This document shows, one piece after another, positions 50,517 through 64,000 of a stretch of 64,000 nt of DNA; the first letter of the stretch is position 1, and every line of letters starts with the position of its first letter. The notes beneath the pieces are model-generated. The model was not told the origin of the DNA. It saw only the letters and a program-made list of their open reading frames with translations, and searched no databases. The DNA lies in assembly GCA_026770705.1 (NCBI GenBank), contig JANJGN010000036.1, positions 1,240,001 through 1,304,000 on the forward strand. The letters run 5' to 3'. Origin of the DNA: Isurus oxyrinchus (lineage: Eukaryota). A program made the position numbers and the translations under genes.

Positions 50517-51599
50517 TACACACAAGCAAACCAATACCAATCTCCTTTCTGATTTCACTTGATATCATGCTGTACCAAGTCAATTAATATTATTTCCCAT
50601 TATGTTCCCGTAGAATCAGTTATGTATGGGGGAACTTTCAATGTTCTGTGGTTTTCATCCACACATTGTTCTGTCTGATTCACTGTCAATTTCATATTTC
50701 ATCGATTTGGGGCCGAATGCTCCCAGAAGCTCCAACTCTGTACTAAAAAATTCCTCTACTTCTGCCAGCTCTGATATAAGGTCACTGGCCGGAAACATTA
50801 ACCATGTTGCATTATCATTGGCATCAATAAGTCGGAAATGGAAAGCTGGATTCAGTCAGCGTTTTCAGTGAACAAAGGGGTTGACTTGTAAATAGGTATA
50901 GTAAATGCAAATGCCGTGAATAACAAACAATTTGGAAGAAAGTGATTTAGTCTGTTTCTTACGGTTTGTAATGTAAATAAGTGGATGATGAAAAATTCTT
51001 ACTGAGTTAGTCCAATGTCAAGGGGCATGAATGCTCTTGCATCAAAGTTAGGCTGCTGAACGTGTAAAAGTGCAATGTATCTGAGCTCTAATCTTACTGA
51101 GATATGGGGATGGCGTTGAAGGTCGCGTGGAGGAAGGGAGAGAGACAGAGAAAGACTGCTCGGAGCAAAGCCATTTTTCGTTGTTCTCCAACGCCACTGT
51201 TACACAAAGATTCATGTCAGTCTGTGCCACACCTCGGGGGTGTGTGTTTTAGATGGAGCTAGCTGAAAGCTGGCTGGATGGAGTTGATAAGGGAGGTGCG
51301 GCGTGTTTGTGTGAGAGACATAGGGACATAAAATTATCGGTGAAGCCATCAGTCTTTCTGTTGACCATGCAGACTTGAGTAAAAACCTGTATCTATGTAA
51401 GGTTTGTCTGTCTGTCTTTGTCTATGCACATTTGTGCGACTTGCCAGAAAGGAATCACTGCTCTGCTCGATTTGACTCGACCTCACTGCCAACAAGCGCC
51501 AAACACGCTGGCCCAGGGTATCTCTCCCCATCGAACAGGCGATTGGAGGGAGTGTGAGAGCCTATCCGGAGAACCCAGAGAACATGGAATGGTAACGAT

Positions 51600-52140
51600 C
51601 ACCTTTACTATCTCTCCCTTTCTTTCTTTGCCTCATGTCAGTTTTTCTCTCATTGCCTGATTCTCCATATTCATTTCCCCTCTCTACCCTTATCTCTCAC
51701 ATCCTTTATTTCTATCTCTCTGTTCCTTTCTCTGCCTCACTCTCACCCTGCCTTTGCCTTTCTGCCTTCCTCTCTCTGCCTTTCCCGCTCTGTCTCTATC
51801 TTTTTGCTTTCTCTCTATCTCTCTTTATCTCGCTATCGCTCAATCTCCTTTTATCTATCGATCTCTCTTCCCTGCTTATCTCTGTTTCTTTCCCTCCTGC
51901 TTTCCCTCTATCCCTCGTATATTATATCTTTCTTTTTTCACTCTCTGCCTTTTGCTCTAGTGCTCTCTTTTTCACTCTTTCTTTCTCTCTCCGCCTTTCT
52001 ATCTTTCCCTCTGTCATTATCTATTTTTTTCCTTTCTGCCTTTCTCTGCGTGTCGTTTTCCCTCTCTCTCTCTCTCCATCTGTCTTTCTTGCTCCGTCAT
52101 TTACTCTGTCTTTTGCTCTCTCGCATCCTTTTCTCTTTCT

Positions 52141-52182
<42 letters not shown>

Positions 52183-52300
52183 CCACTCTCTCCCTCTCTC
52201 TCTGGCTCCCTCTCTCTGTCTTTCTTTCCTCATAGTCTTTGCTCTCTCACTGTCTCTCTCTCTCTCTTTTTCCTGTCAATTCCTTTTTCATCTGCCTCTG
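51600..52300 (+). repeat. Polypyrimidine / (CT)n low-complexity tract
   Basis: Almost purine-free on the plus strand; accounts for the 343-aa Ser/Leu/Phe ORF. Confidence 0.9.
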
Positions 52301-54309
52301 CCTCCATTACACATTACCGTCGATAAATTTGTCCCTTCTTCCAAAGCCCTGCATTCCACCCCAAAAAAATTTGCCTCCAAATTCCACGCCTGCCCGAAAT
52401 CTGATACGTTATGCAGGGCCCTCCCAAAAAAATGCCAACCGATCACGCAATTCAGCCTCTTTAATTCCTCCGCAACGAGCCGGCAATTTCTCCCAGCCCC
52501 CAATTTCTCCCAGCCCGCAATTTCTCCCAACCCGCAATTTCTGTCCCGAATTTTCTCCTCCACAATTTGTCCCGTCCCGTCTGCACAATTCAGCGCCCAC
52601 AAATTCTTTCGTCCCCTGAATATTCCACCCTTATGTAAACAACCCCCTGCCGTAAAACGTGGCTAACTTTCTCTTCCCTTATGTGCTCGTTATTTAACAC
52701 ATCAGACTCCTGATCATTTCTTTCCTCTGGCTCTATGCTGAATATTTCTCAAAGCACCCACTCCAGAAACAGCTCCCTGCATAATGAGCCTCCCCACCAC
52801 CACCACACCCCCGCCACTCCGCTACCTCCGAATCTGCCCCCTAGATTATTCCACCGATAAAAGTTCCAGCGGATAACTCCCCCTCACTCTGAACATAGCT
52901 CTGTCTGATTTGCCACCTCCCTAAGAACAGATCCCTGTCTATTTCAACCTTCCTTGGAGCAGACCCCCTGTTTTGCTTCCGCCAACCCATGAATAGATAC
53001 CGAAAAGATTCCCCCATCCCTTGAACAGATCGCTCTCTGATTCCCCCAACCTGTGAACAGATCCATGCCTGATTTATCCCTTCCCTGGAAACAGATCACC
53101 AGTTTGTTTTGCTACTTTCCCATTTAGACGGGCGATTACTTCTCCTTCACTCCTCCCATCCAAACCCACCAGTCTCAGTTCATTTCCGAACTTCTGCATA
53201 AAATGAAATTCGCATGATCAGTCGGCCCCGGATCGAAATTCATCATTTAAAGTCTTGAGCAAGGAACCTTCCTCATTGTCAACATTAGCAATAATCCCAT
53301 CCGCTGTCCAGCCCCACACTGCCCCAACCATGCAAGCAGCCCCCTCCATTAGAAGGGCCGCCAGTCACTATCTGACAGCCCACCGCCCCCAAAGTATAAT
53401 TTCCCCCAACTGTAAAATTTCCCCCACCCACTCCCCGCCCCCTCCCTCCCCCAATATATATCCATTCACTCATAACTCCTTCAGCCAGTGACAGTATTTC
53501 CTGTCGATTGTGAAAACGCTTTCCTGGGCTCCAAATCATAATTAAAACCTTGTCCTACTGATCACCAACAAATGCCGCTACCTCCTCCAACACCAATCAT
53601 ATCTCCCACACCCCGATCACCCTCTCCACCCCACCCCCAATTCTCTCCTGAAGAGGGCAATACAGACATTGCAAATACAGACACAAACTTTGCACGTAAG
53701 CAGGAGGAGTCTATTCTGCCCATTTGAAACTTTCGCTATAATATTAGGTCCTGACTGATCTGCATTTTGGCACCCCACCCACTTTCCCCATTAGAAAGTG
53801 AGGCAGACGCAGTCTAAGAGGTCGCACATCGAGAGGGAAAGAAAACATTAGAATAGATCTTGACTCAGTGTGAATGTGCAACCGGATGCTCGTGAACCAG
53901 CCGCTTGTTTTCACCTCTCTGCTTTTGTTGCTACCACTCAATGGGTATAAAACTCGGGAGAGATGGATAACAGGAGGATTACGATACGTTTCTCAGCTAA
54001 ACAATACCATGGCACTGAGTTTACTTCTCCCCCAGCCAGGAAGCCAGAGAGCAGAGAAATCCAGGGAGAATGACAGAACTAAAAGGAACTGAGAAAGAAA
54101 AGGGAGATAAACCCCAAGAAGAGAAACTGAGAGCAGAGATACTGAGAGAGAAGGGTAGACAGTGACAAAGAGAGAGAGAGAGATGAAGAAGTAAAGAGCT
54201 GGAGGTCTAATGGAAGAGAGAGAGTGGAGGAAAGAGAGATGGGGGCGGGGATGGAACATTCTGCGGTGCGGTTAGCAAGAATGACCGACAGGAAGACACA
54301 CATGGGCAT

Positions 54310-55400
54310 AAAAAGAAAGATGTCAAGCAGCGCTGTCAACATTCCGACAATAGTGCTTGTGCTCCAGAAATTGCACAGATAGCCAAGTTCCTGCAGTACA
54401 GCTACGCCCCAGGCATCTATCCAACAATGTGGAAGATATCCTATGTATATCCTGTACAGGGTGCAGGATAAATTCAACCCGCCCAATTAGCGCCCCATCA
54501 ATCTACTCCCCATCCTTAGTAAAATAATGGAAGGGGTCATGGACAGTGCTATCAAGAGGCACTTGCTTAGCAATAACCTGATTTCTGTCCGTCCATTTGG
54601 GTTCCGCCAGTGTCACTCAGCTCCTGACCTCATTACTGCCTTGGTTAAAACATGGACAAAACAGCTGAAACCCCTAGGTGTAGGGGGAGTAATAGACTTT
54701 GACACCCAAGCAGCATTTCCCTGAGCCTGGCATCAGGAAGCCGTGGCAAAACTGGAGTCAATGGGAATCTAGGGAAAACCTTCCCGCTGGGTGGAAACAT
54801 ACCGGGCACAAAGAAGAATGGTCATCGTTGTTGGAGGCCAGTCAACACCACTCCAAGACATCACTGCAGGAATTCCACAGGGTAGTGTCCACGGCAGAAC
54901 CATTTTTAGCTGCTTCATCAATTCCTTCCAGCATAAGGCCAGAAGTGGGAATGTTCACTAATGATTGTACAATGTGCAGCACCAGTCACGAGTCCTCGGA
55001 TACTGAAACAGTCTATGTAAAATGCAGCAAGACCTGGACAATATCCAGATTTGGGCTGACACAAGGCAGGTGACATTTGCGCCACCCAGGTATCTGGCAA
55101 TGATCATCTCCAACAAGAGAGAATCTAACCATGGCCCTTTGACAGATAATTTTTATTGCTATCACTAAATCCTCCACTATCAACATCCTTTGGGTTGCCA
55201 TTCACCAGAAACTGAACTGGGCTAGCCATATAAATACTGTGACTATAAGAGCAGGTCAATGGCTAGGAATCCTCCAACCAGTAATTCACCCCCTGGCTCC
55301 CCAAAACCTGTCCACCATCTCGACGGCAACGCCAGAAATGTCATGCACTACTCTCCATTTGCCAGGATGAGTGCAGTTCCAACAACATTCAAGAAGGAGG
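54310..55400 (+). mobile_element. L2/CR1-clade LINE RT fragment
   Basis: MEGVMDSAIKRHLLSNNLISVRPFGFRQCHSAPDLITALV and MFTNDCT; same family as 1030-2690. Confidence 0.82.
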
Positions 55401-58400
55401 GAGATAGAGTGCCAAAGTTTCAGAAAGAGGGAGAGGGGGTAAACATGCAAATAGTTTTGAAAAGAGACTTATATGTATATTGCGAGAGGGTGATGTAAAT
55501 GATTTGGAGAGACGGATAAATTTGAAGATGTGGGGAAATAGCTACGAATATGGCGGGAGGTGCAGAGTAGCTGGAAGAGGTGGAGGGATTGAAATCTATG
55601 GGATTACGTTCGGATCTTTCTGCAACAGGGAGCCTGAAACTCCTCAGCTCTGGTTTCCTCCTCCATGCAGCACAACCCCATGCGCCCCACCCCCATTCCT
55701 CGGCACCCCGGAAGACCCAGCCCCTTATTGTAAATATCCCAAGGATTAATTTAAAGAAGCATTTTAGCTGCATATACAAATGAGTGACAATGAGATATTT
55801 CCATTTATTATTATTTCGTCCTCTTGTTAAAGCTCTTGTTCCGGGATTCCTGTTGGTAAAAGTATTCTCTCTTTTCCTCATCAAAATTTGCAGCTTCCAC
55901 ATAAGCTTGGCCTGAGAGAGAAATCGAAATTGCTTAAAACAGAGTGAAGATTATTGGAACGAAAAGACGCAGCAAGATCCCAGGACTTCCCTCATTCACT
56001 GATATAAACAATCTCAGAGGTTACCATTTCAAAACACATGCTCTGAAATTAAACCCAGGCAATGGGAACAGATTTCAAATAAAATGAAAGTCTGAATGTC
56101 TCATGATTGCCCCAGAATGTATCTTTTATATGCCTCACACACACTGGAAGACGGGGATGGTCGGGGTGGGGCTTTTAAAACAGAGGTTGGACTGTGTACA
56201 AACACTGGATCCGTCCTCCCAAACCCCACTGCCAACAACATTCCCAGAGGCTTAACCATTCCCTCCGTGATCAACCTGCCAGCTCCAGGTGTATTTTCTG
56301 CCTCATTGGAAAACGGACAAACAATAATGATTCTCTTTCATCACTCTGCCATTCACTGCAAACCCTCCCCCACACCTGCGCCCCCTGTTACAAGATATAC
56401 TCATTCAATCCATGATAGGTGCTCTGTGTACATCTAGCACGGTCACCTCCTTTGCTCTTTCTCTGCCTCTTCTGTCGCTGTTCAGCCTCCATCTCTATTA
56501 ATCTTTCCATTTCTCCTGCTTTCTTTGCATCTATCCATGCCTCTGTTCCTTTTGTCTAACTCGGGATGAATCCTGACTGAAATGCACTCTGTGAAGTTTC
56601 TGTCTCATCATTTTAGCTGACATACATGACATTGTAGACCTGTTTTATATTGAGAATCTACACTTACATTCCCCATAAACTGAATCTGGATAGCGTCGCC
56701 AAGTTTGCATTGCAGGGAAGGCTGTGGGCAATTTTTGCATAGCAAGATCCCACTGCATCAACTTGATATTTTACAGGTATTTCCCTACAGCACCTGCACT
56801 TCCGCAACACCAGTGGCTCCAGAAAGGGGCAACTTCCCTCTTTCCAACTGTGAAGGAGCTGCTCATCCTTTTGGAAAACCATCTTAAATTTTTTTTCAGA
56901 AAACAAGATAAACTGAATTCAAATACATCTCTCGCCTTCCTGAAAAGACATTTCAATGATCAATTCTTCCCTCTTCCTAGAAAAGAGGCTTTATTCAGGA
57001 AGTGTAACAAGCCTTTACCTGGATTCACATTTAGAAATTAATTCCATGCCTGGGAGCAGACAATGAATTAAAATTTGCAGCTGAGGCAGTTTTGCACAGC
57101 AGCATCCAACTCGCTTTCTCACCAGGGACATCGCCACAATGGGAAGACAAACCTCCGACTTGTGTTTATTTGCCTTCCACCCAAGCCTCCAACACACTCC
57201 TTCCCGTCCGTTTTTCCCTCCTCACCTTTGTTTTCTTTTTTGTCATCATACCTCTATACCCCGGCTCTCCTTTTTCACAAATCTTTTATTTTTAAAGTGA
57301 GGTCACTGTTGCAGTGAACAAAACAAGGAGCAGGCCGCGTGCACCAAGCACGATATCACAGAGATTGGGGTCACAGTGTGATAACTGTGTTCTGGTGAGG
57401 ATTGCTGGAAAGCCAAGGCAAGTAAATATATTTCACATTCAGCCCTGTCTTTGTGTGCCTCTGTGTCTCTCTCAATGTCACTTTATCTCTCTCTATGAAA
57501 CTTGTCTGGGTGTAATCTTTATTGAAACGTGCTTTCAAATGACATCATTTGCTGTGTTTGCCGTGTTGTTAGAGAATAACCTAAGAGAGACAGAGCAGAG
57601 TGATGTGGTGGGGGTGGGGCTGCGGTAGAGAGACAGTGAGAATTTCACCTCCCCCCGCCCCAACCGCACTCAAATCCTCAGTAAAGTGAATTTAAATGAT
57701 CACTGAGTATTTTATTTCAACGTCAAACTCACATCGCCCTTTCTAAAACAACACAAAAACAAATCTTTGAGAATTACTGAAAAATCCTTCACACAGGTTC
57801 GGGGCTAATTGAAGTCCTCCCGAATGTTTCAAACGCAATGAATTAATTCGCACTTCATTTCTGGAATTTAGTTGTAGCTACGAGTTGATCAAAGTTTTCC
57901 AAGAAATAACGAGAATAGATACGGCGGGTACAGAGACACAGTTTCCAATTTTTGGGAAATCTAGGGTGAGAAGAACAGTCATAAATCTAACGGTTGTCCC
58001 AAACCTTTAAAGAATGAAAAAAAGAAGCACTTCGATACACAAGGGATGCTAGAGGTTTGAAACTAGGACTTTTCCCAACCTGTAATCTCTTCCAGTTTCA
58101 TAATCCTCTGCTATGAGTGTCTATCCGATTCTGTCTTCTTGAGGGCTAATATTGGCACTCCGAAGATAATGTGGGGGAGTGGGACGAGGCAAAAGCTCTT
58201 TTAGAGAGCCAGTGCATACTCGATGGGACGCATGGCCTCTTTCCAAACCGTAACGATTGTGTTTCTGTTTTCATTGCTGACGATGCCTCGACCTTCCAAA
58301 CCCATTACTGTGCAATTATTTCCTCAAAATCTCTGTCTCAATTTCCTCATTAAATATGCTCCTTGACGCCAATTTCTTTGACAAAGCTGATAATTGAGCA

Positions 58401-58989
58401 TAATCTCCTGGTCTGACATTTTGCTCCATGATGCTCTGGAGAAAGATCTTATGTGTTTTATCGTGGTTGAAGTTGCTGTGAAATATAAGGTGTAGTTGTC
58501 AGTTCCTGTTCATATCCATTGCACTACAGGTAAAGGGAAGGACTCACTCACTCCTGCTCCTGTACACATTGTGTATTTCAGTGTCAACAATGAAATATAT
58601 AGAGCAATGTATCACTCTTTCGCTGTGAATCTGTCTCCACATCTCTCTCTGAAATTAGCTTCTCTATTGTCTAAACAACAACGAGTATACACCAGCTCTG
58701 CTCCTTTGCCTGCAATGCGCTTTGCGATAGTCTAAGTTCATGGGAAGTGATTTGTAGATGCCCACCACTAAGTTGCTCTGAGGACATTCACAGTTAGCCT
58801 GTCACTCGCGTCAAATATAGGCCAGGCCACTCCTTTTAGGACATTGTTCTACCATCTCGCTTTTGTAACACACACAAAGGGCATTCATCGGTCATGCATC
58901 AGATTTACTCACATTCTTTGACTAATGTTACTTAGTTGTTATCACATCCTTCCATAGGCATAGAGGCAATAAGTTGTTAAAGACATAGA

Positions 58990-59460
58990 GACCCTGGGCG
59001 TAAGATACAAAAGCAAGGAAGTTACAACAAACCTTTATGGAACACTGGTTCAGTATCAACTCTCTGCAATTCAGGGCACCACACCTTAGGAATAATATGA
59101 AGGCATCAGGGAGGTTCCAGAGAAGATTTAGAAGAATTGTTCCAGGGTCTTCAGTTCCATGGATAGATTGGAGAACCGGGCAGTGTTAACCTTGGAGATG
59201 AGGAGGTTCATCAGTTGGTAGAGGTGCTCGGGATAATGTAATATGAGGATATTTTAGTAATCCAAAACTTAGTGACGGTCTGGGACTCACTACCGAAAAC
59301 AGTAGTAGAGGCAGAAACCCTCAAATCATTTACAGTGTGCCTGGATATTTCAAGTGCGCGAACCCAAATGGCCCAAATGCTGCCCACTAGGATTGGGCTG
59401 AGTGGCTTGCTTTTCGGCAGGTGGAGCCACCATGGGTCATGTGGGCACCTTCTGAAAAAT
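58990..59460 (+). mobile_element. CR1 3' fragment
   Basis: VWDSLPKTVVEAETLKSF plus degraded upstream RT C-terminal text. Confidence 0.65.
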
Positions 59461-62400
59461 TTCTATGAATCTAACTGTGTGGATCCGAGACACATTCCTC
59501 ATTGGTGGATGGGTGTGGGGCTGGTGGGGGCGGGGGACGATAGAGTACCAGAACACACCATTTATTTGTATGCATGCGCATGTGTGTTGCTGTTTGCGTG
59601 TCCGTCTGTGTCGCNNNNNNNNNNNNNNNNNNNNNNNNNNNNNNNNNNNNNNNNNNNNNNNNNNNNNNNNNNNNNNNNNNNNNNNNNNNNNNNNNNNNNN
59701 NNNNNNNNNNNNNNNNNNNNNNNNNNNNNNNNNNNNNNNNNNNNNNNNNNNNNNNNNNNNNNGTATGTTCTTGGCGCACCTTCCGCTGTCAACATTAACA
59801 TTCCAAAGAAATTCAGATCAATACCTAAAGAGGAATATCATTCCAGGGGCAAAACAAAAAAATCAGTTCCGCAACTGAGTTGGCGTTGGGGGTGAAAAGC
59901 CAGAAGTCATGTCAGAAGCAGCAGAGGCGGTGGCAACGGGTGATCATTTGTCTCTTTGTCAATGAGCAATTAAAAAGAGTCAAATCCTCTACTCCACAAG
60001 CATGTTTCACTGTCTTTTGATTAAAGTGATATACGCCTTCCCTCTGTTGGCGGACCGCAGTTAGTGTACAAGCAGAGGAGAAATCATCAGGATTTCGCCA
60101 ATAGGCTTGATCAGATCATTCACAAATGGCAGGAACATCAACGCAGCCAGAAATTCAGCGTGGAGATAGAGCTGAGCATTTTTTAACAGGGCGCATAGAA
60201 AAACCTGGAAGGACTTTGACAAATTTTGGACAGATAATCTGACCTGTCATTTCCATATTTTTAATGTTATTTTTTAATATATTCCCGTTTCGGGGAGGAC
60301 GTCGCTATGCCTCTCTGCCGTTTGCTGAATAGGAAAATGGATCAAAAAATACATCTGGTCGCAAATGGGAACCCGGGATGGACTCTTTCCGATGAATTGT
60401 GGGGGAAACAAAGATTTTCCAAAGAATCCACCGCATTTGCGCTGCAATTTCCAAATTTCAGCAGCCAGTTTATGGCCAAACAGCGAACTTTCCGCTCGTG
60501 ACTAAGCCTGATGTATTTTCCCAGGTGGGGATAGAGAAATGAACAATGTTTCACTGAGCTGTAAACTGATAAATGAACCCTTGCAAACGCATGTGCAAAA
60601 CGTCGAATTATTATGAAAACTTGGTCAGTGGGGTGACATGGGACTTTTTCAGGGGCTGACAGCGTTTCAGGTAAGGCATTTTAGCCTTCAATACACTTCA
60701 TTCATGAAACCTTGTAAACGTGCATTACACGAACTTAATATCTGACATTACATAAGATAAGTTTCTTCTAGTATTGTAAGTTGTTCACCACATTTAAAAA
60801 TATAGTTGACATTTACAAGACAAATCTTTGTCTCCTTAGGACCTGACTAACTCTTTGTCTTTCGAAGAACAACACTGACTTAATGTTCAGGTCAGAGCTC
60901 CAAAACGTTGCACACTTTACAAGTTTCATAAACAAAGAGCGGGGAGGGGAGGAAATGAATTAAAACGATCGGCTTGTGAGAAAACGGAGAACAGGGCAAA
61001 TTAAGTACTGCAATCAGTCTTTGTGAAGCAACTGTGGAAAGAGAGACAGTGGTCTTTGTCGAGAAAGATCATGGGATTCTTCCGTGACGCAGGACTCTGT
61101 GCTGTACTTGCAGTTCCCAGGGATGCACACTGAGCTAAACACCAAATACCATCCCATAGGTCAGCAAACGGCTGCAGACTTTAATTTTCCAAAAACAATA
61201 CTTCATTTATAAGATATGTTAAGGTACATAACATGTCTTCACCACTTTGTGATAAAGTACAATACAGTTCAACCTCTGTCAAAACAGTATGTGGGTCTCT
61301 GAGTCGCTTTAACATCCTTAGAAATTAGTTAGATTCTCTGACCTCCACTGAGGTCAGTTAACCCAGTCTAGACGAGAGATTAAATCTTCCCATTTCCCTA
61401 CTTCATACGGTGCCCAGTTATCGGTAGCTTAGTTATCTAACGATTCATGTGTTCCACCACATTCTCAGGGGCAATGAGGACTGGGAAACAAATGCTTGTC
61501 TTGCCAGCGATATCCGTACCCTGTGGATAAATATTAAAAACAGTAAGACATTAAAACTATTAAGACATTCTGCAACAGGGATGAATGGGTTATCCCACTG
61601 TTATATGCTCTCTCCATTTTCTTCCTTTCTTACCTCTAATATAGAACAGGAAATTGATCAGATATTTGCCATCATTCACTGTCACTCAAACTCATCTCCT
61701 ACTCCAGACAATGATGCTCCCATTATCAGTACCGAGAACAGGTTGCACTATCGGTGGAGCTGTTTCTCAAATGCGAACTTAAATCGCGGGTCTTGGAAAC
61801 AGTTCCTTATATCTTAGCAGGGTTCCAAAGGCACAGTCATTATTTCAAGAAGAGAGCAATAATTCCATCAGAGCTTAACGTTTTTCAGCAGGGATCCTTC
61901 ACTGAGCCTGTGGCTGCTGCTGTTTCCCCTCTGGACCACAGGGGCCGCTCTAACGCCCTTCCTATCCTTCTATCCTCTCTGGCCCTCCCGCAGTCACCTC
62001 TTGCACCCCCCCCCCCCCCCCCCAACCACCATCACCGGAGCCCGACCGCTGCTCTGGGCGTGACGTCTACTCCGTTTATTTTTTTAAAAATAAATTCGGC
62101 AAAGAAAACCGAGCATCTGCAGAATTTTTAAACATATGCTTTATCCACTTTCTCTCCTGAAATTTTTCGGGGCCGCTTCATAAATAGATCATTGATACAC
62201 GTCTTTGTGCTGCAAGCTAAAATGGAGAAGCAGGCACCCTGATTCGTGAAGCATATAGAGAGGTTCATTGTTCTATGCATCTGTAACAGTTAGCATTTCA
62301 CGCACACAGGGAAATGTACTTGTGTAAAGTGAGTGACGATCCGCATGATAAGTGTGTGAGACTCAGCGATTACGATATCATCCATTGGAGGGTGTTTCTT

Positions 62401-63746
62401 CAATGTGAAGGTGACTGTTGCGTGCATGGTTTAAAAAAGAAGACCTGTGCTAATCAGTTATAACCCTGCAATTGCAGATGTCTTTAAGTGTCGGAGCCTT
62501 CACCGCACATCATGTTTTCAGTAGCGCACAACAGCTTATCGTCCTAGCGGTCATGTCTTTTTTGGGGTGTGGTGGGAGGAGGACTGCTGCTGAACTTCAA
62601 CCGTGGACGGCCTGCCCTAATTTAAACTTACTTAACTCCACACCCCAGAGCCAACGCCACAAACACGCTCCCCACGCACGGTAGAAAATATTTTCTCTCT
62701 CTCCACCCAAATAAACTTAACTAAATTTAGTGACCCCGCCAACAATGAATCCCTTTGGAAATCTGATAGAATCCATTTGAGTTCCCCCTCCCTTCCCGTC
62801 TTCCCATTGGATGCATTTTCATTGCAACCAAATCTATTCCTGGGTGAAGAGTCTGACGAAGGCATTGATCCTTAAGGCTTAAAATATTTTTATATTTTTT
62901 GGTGACAGCAAGTTTCCAGATAGAGCGATAAAAGTGATGGGGTGCAAATGCAGGTGATCATTATGAATTTCTAATGCCCTCTGTTAACGCGGGAGAAACA
63001 TTCAGTGCCAGCTCAAACCACATACAGATAAAAATATTAAAAAAAAAATCATTGCTGTTTGTGAATATAAGAATGTGATGTGAACTTATTAAAACATAAA
63101 AGATTCTGAGGGGGCTTCAGAGGGTAGATGCTGAGAGGATGTTTCGACTCGTGCGGGAATGAAGAACTAGAGGCAGAGTTTCAGAATAATTGATTTCCCA
63201 TTTAAGACGGAAATGTGGAGGAGTTTTGCTCTCAGCTGATCGTTAGTTTTTTGGAATTCCCTTCCCCAGAGAGCACTGGAGGCTGGGCCATTGAATGAAT
63301 TCAAGGCTCAGTTGGGCCGATTCCTGAAGAATAAGCGAGCCTAAGATTATGGGCAGGAAAGTGCACTTGACGCCATAACCAGATTAGCTAAGATCTTATT
63401 GAATGGGGGAATAGGATCGAGGGCCTACTCCGGCTCCTCTTTCTTATGATCTTTTAATCTTTGGTCACTTGAATTAAATATTGAGATTCGTATTGTTGAT
63501 TGGACTCAGAATCAATCTGAAAAGAACGTGGAACATGTTAAAATATCTTGCCCATGCGAATGTGTGTTTGGGTTGAACAGGTGTTAAGTAGAGCGAGGTT
63601 GTTAGTGATATATTTTCGGAACTAATTCAATTACTCGCTTTCATTCGGCAGATATTCACTGGGCTTTCTGAATCAATAGACTGCAATTAATATTTTAAAT
63701 CGATACAACTTAAAGAAACGCCTGAAAAATCGCTATCAATACTCAC

Positions 63747-63842
63747 CAGATCATCCGGTTTACTGAATCCAAATCCCAGTCAGAATGGAGAGTAGACCCC
63801 GGATAATGGTGACAGCTGTGGCCAAGTACCAAATGCACCATC
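63747..63842 (-). pseudogene. Type A-related TM exon of a paralog probably continuing beyond the window
   Basis: Reads GWCIWYLATAVTIIRGLLSILTGIWIQ*. 96 nt, donor gtgagt, acceptor mutated. Upstream intron is homologous to 37560-37707. Confidence 0.8.
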
Positions 63843-64000
63843 CCGACGGAGACAAATTATTTTGAAGCTGCTGCTGGGTCAAATAATTCCTTTATGGGAT
63901 TCCCTCATGGGAAACTTGAACCTATTTTAAAGTAAAAGCAGCAAATCCGTGCTGTAAATTGTCTGCAATACTCCGCAGGAACCTATGCCAAGGGATGAGC

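Noticed and set aside
51635-52666. 343-aa hydrophobic ORF (also 13792-14415 and 14306-14737)
   Set aside because: Translations of CT-rich low-complexity DNA that lack stops for compositional reasons.
57372-57378. Perfect CACAGTG heptamer
   Set aside because: No ACAAAAACC-like nonamer at a 12- or 23-nt spacer and no adjacent V or J segment.

Overview
Vertebrate genomic DNA, most likely a shark or other elasmobranch. This is inferred from the dense CR1/L2-clade LINEs, tRNA-SINE and Penelope-derived repeats; no search was run. The window has four assembly gaps. Its main content is a cluster of non-rearranging, antigen-receptor-like IgSF genes with the exon order leader / V(J) / C1 / TM / cytoplasmic exons ending in a tyrosine motif. 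V and J are already joined in one germline exon and I found no RSS. There are two subtypes. Type A has a V domain with a C-x4-C pair and an LQNG G-strand. Type B has a canonical FGNG J motif. One type A gene (30714-35001, minus strand, 8 exons, 340 aa) reconstructs fully intact by hand. A type A pseudogene, two type B pseudogenes, a truncated type B relic and two orphan TM exons surround it. A and B genes sit head-to-head about 2.3-2.4 kb apart, twice, and both carry a juxtamembrane Cys, which suggests a TCR-like heterodimer encoded as a divergent pair. The two orphan TM exons share an intramembrane Arg and an immediate stop, which may mark a former activating counterpart. The architecture resembles the PRARP/VJ-C1 families as I recall them, but orthology is untested. 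The rest is transposon debris (including a Gmr1-type gypsy relic with integrase before RT), local duplications and simple repeats.
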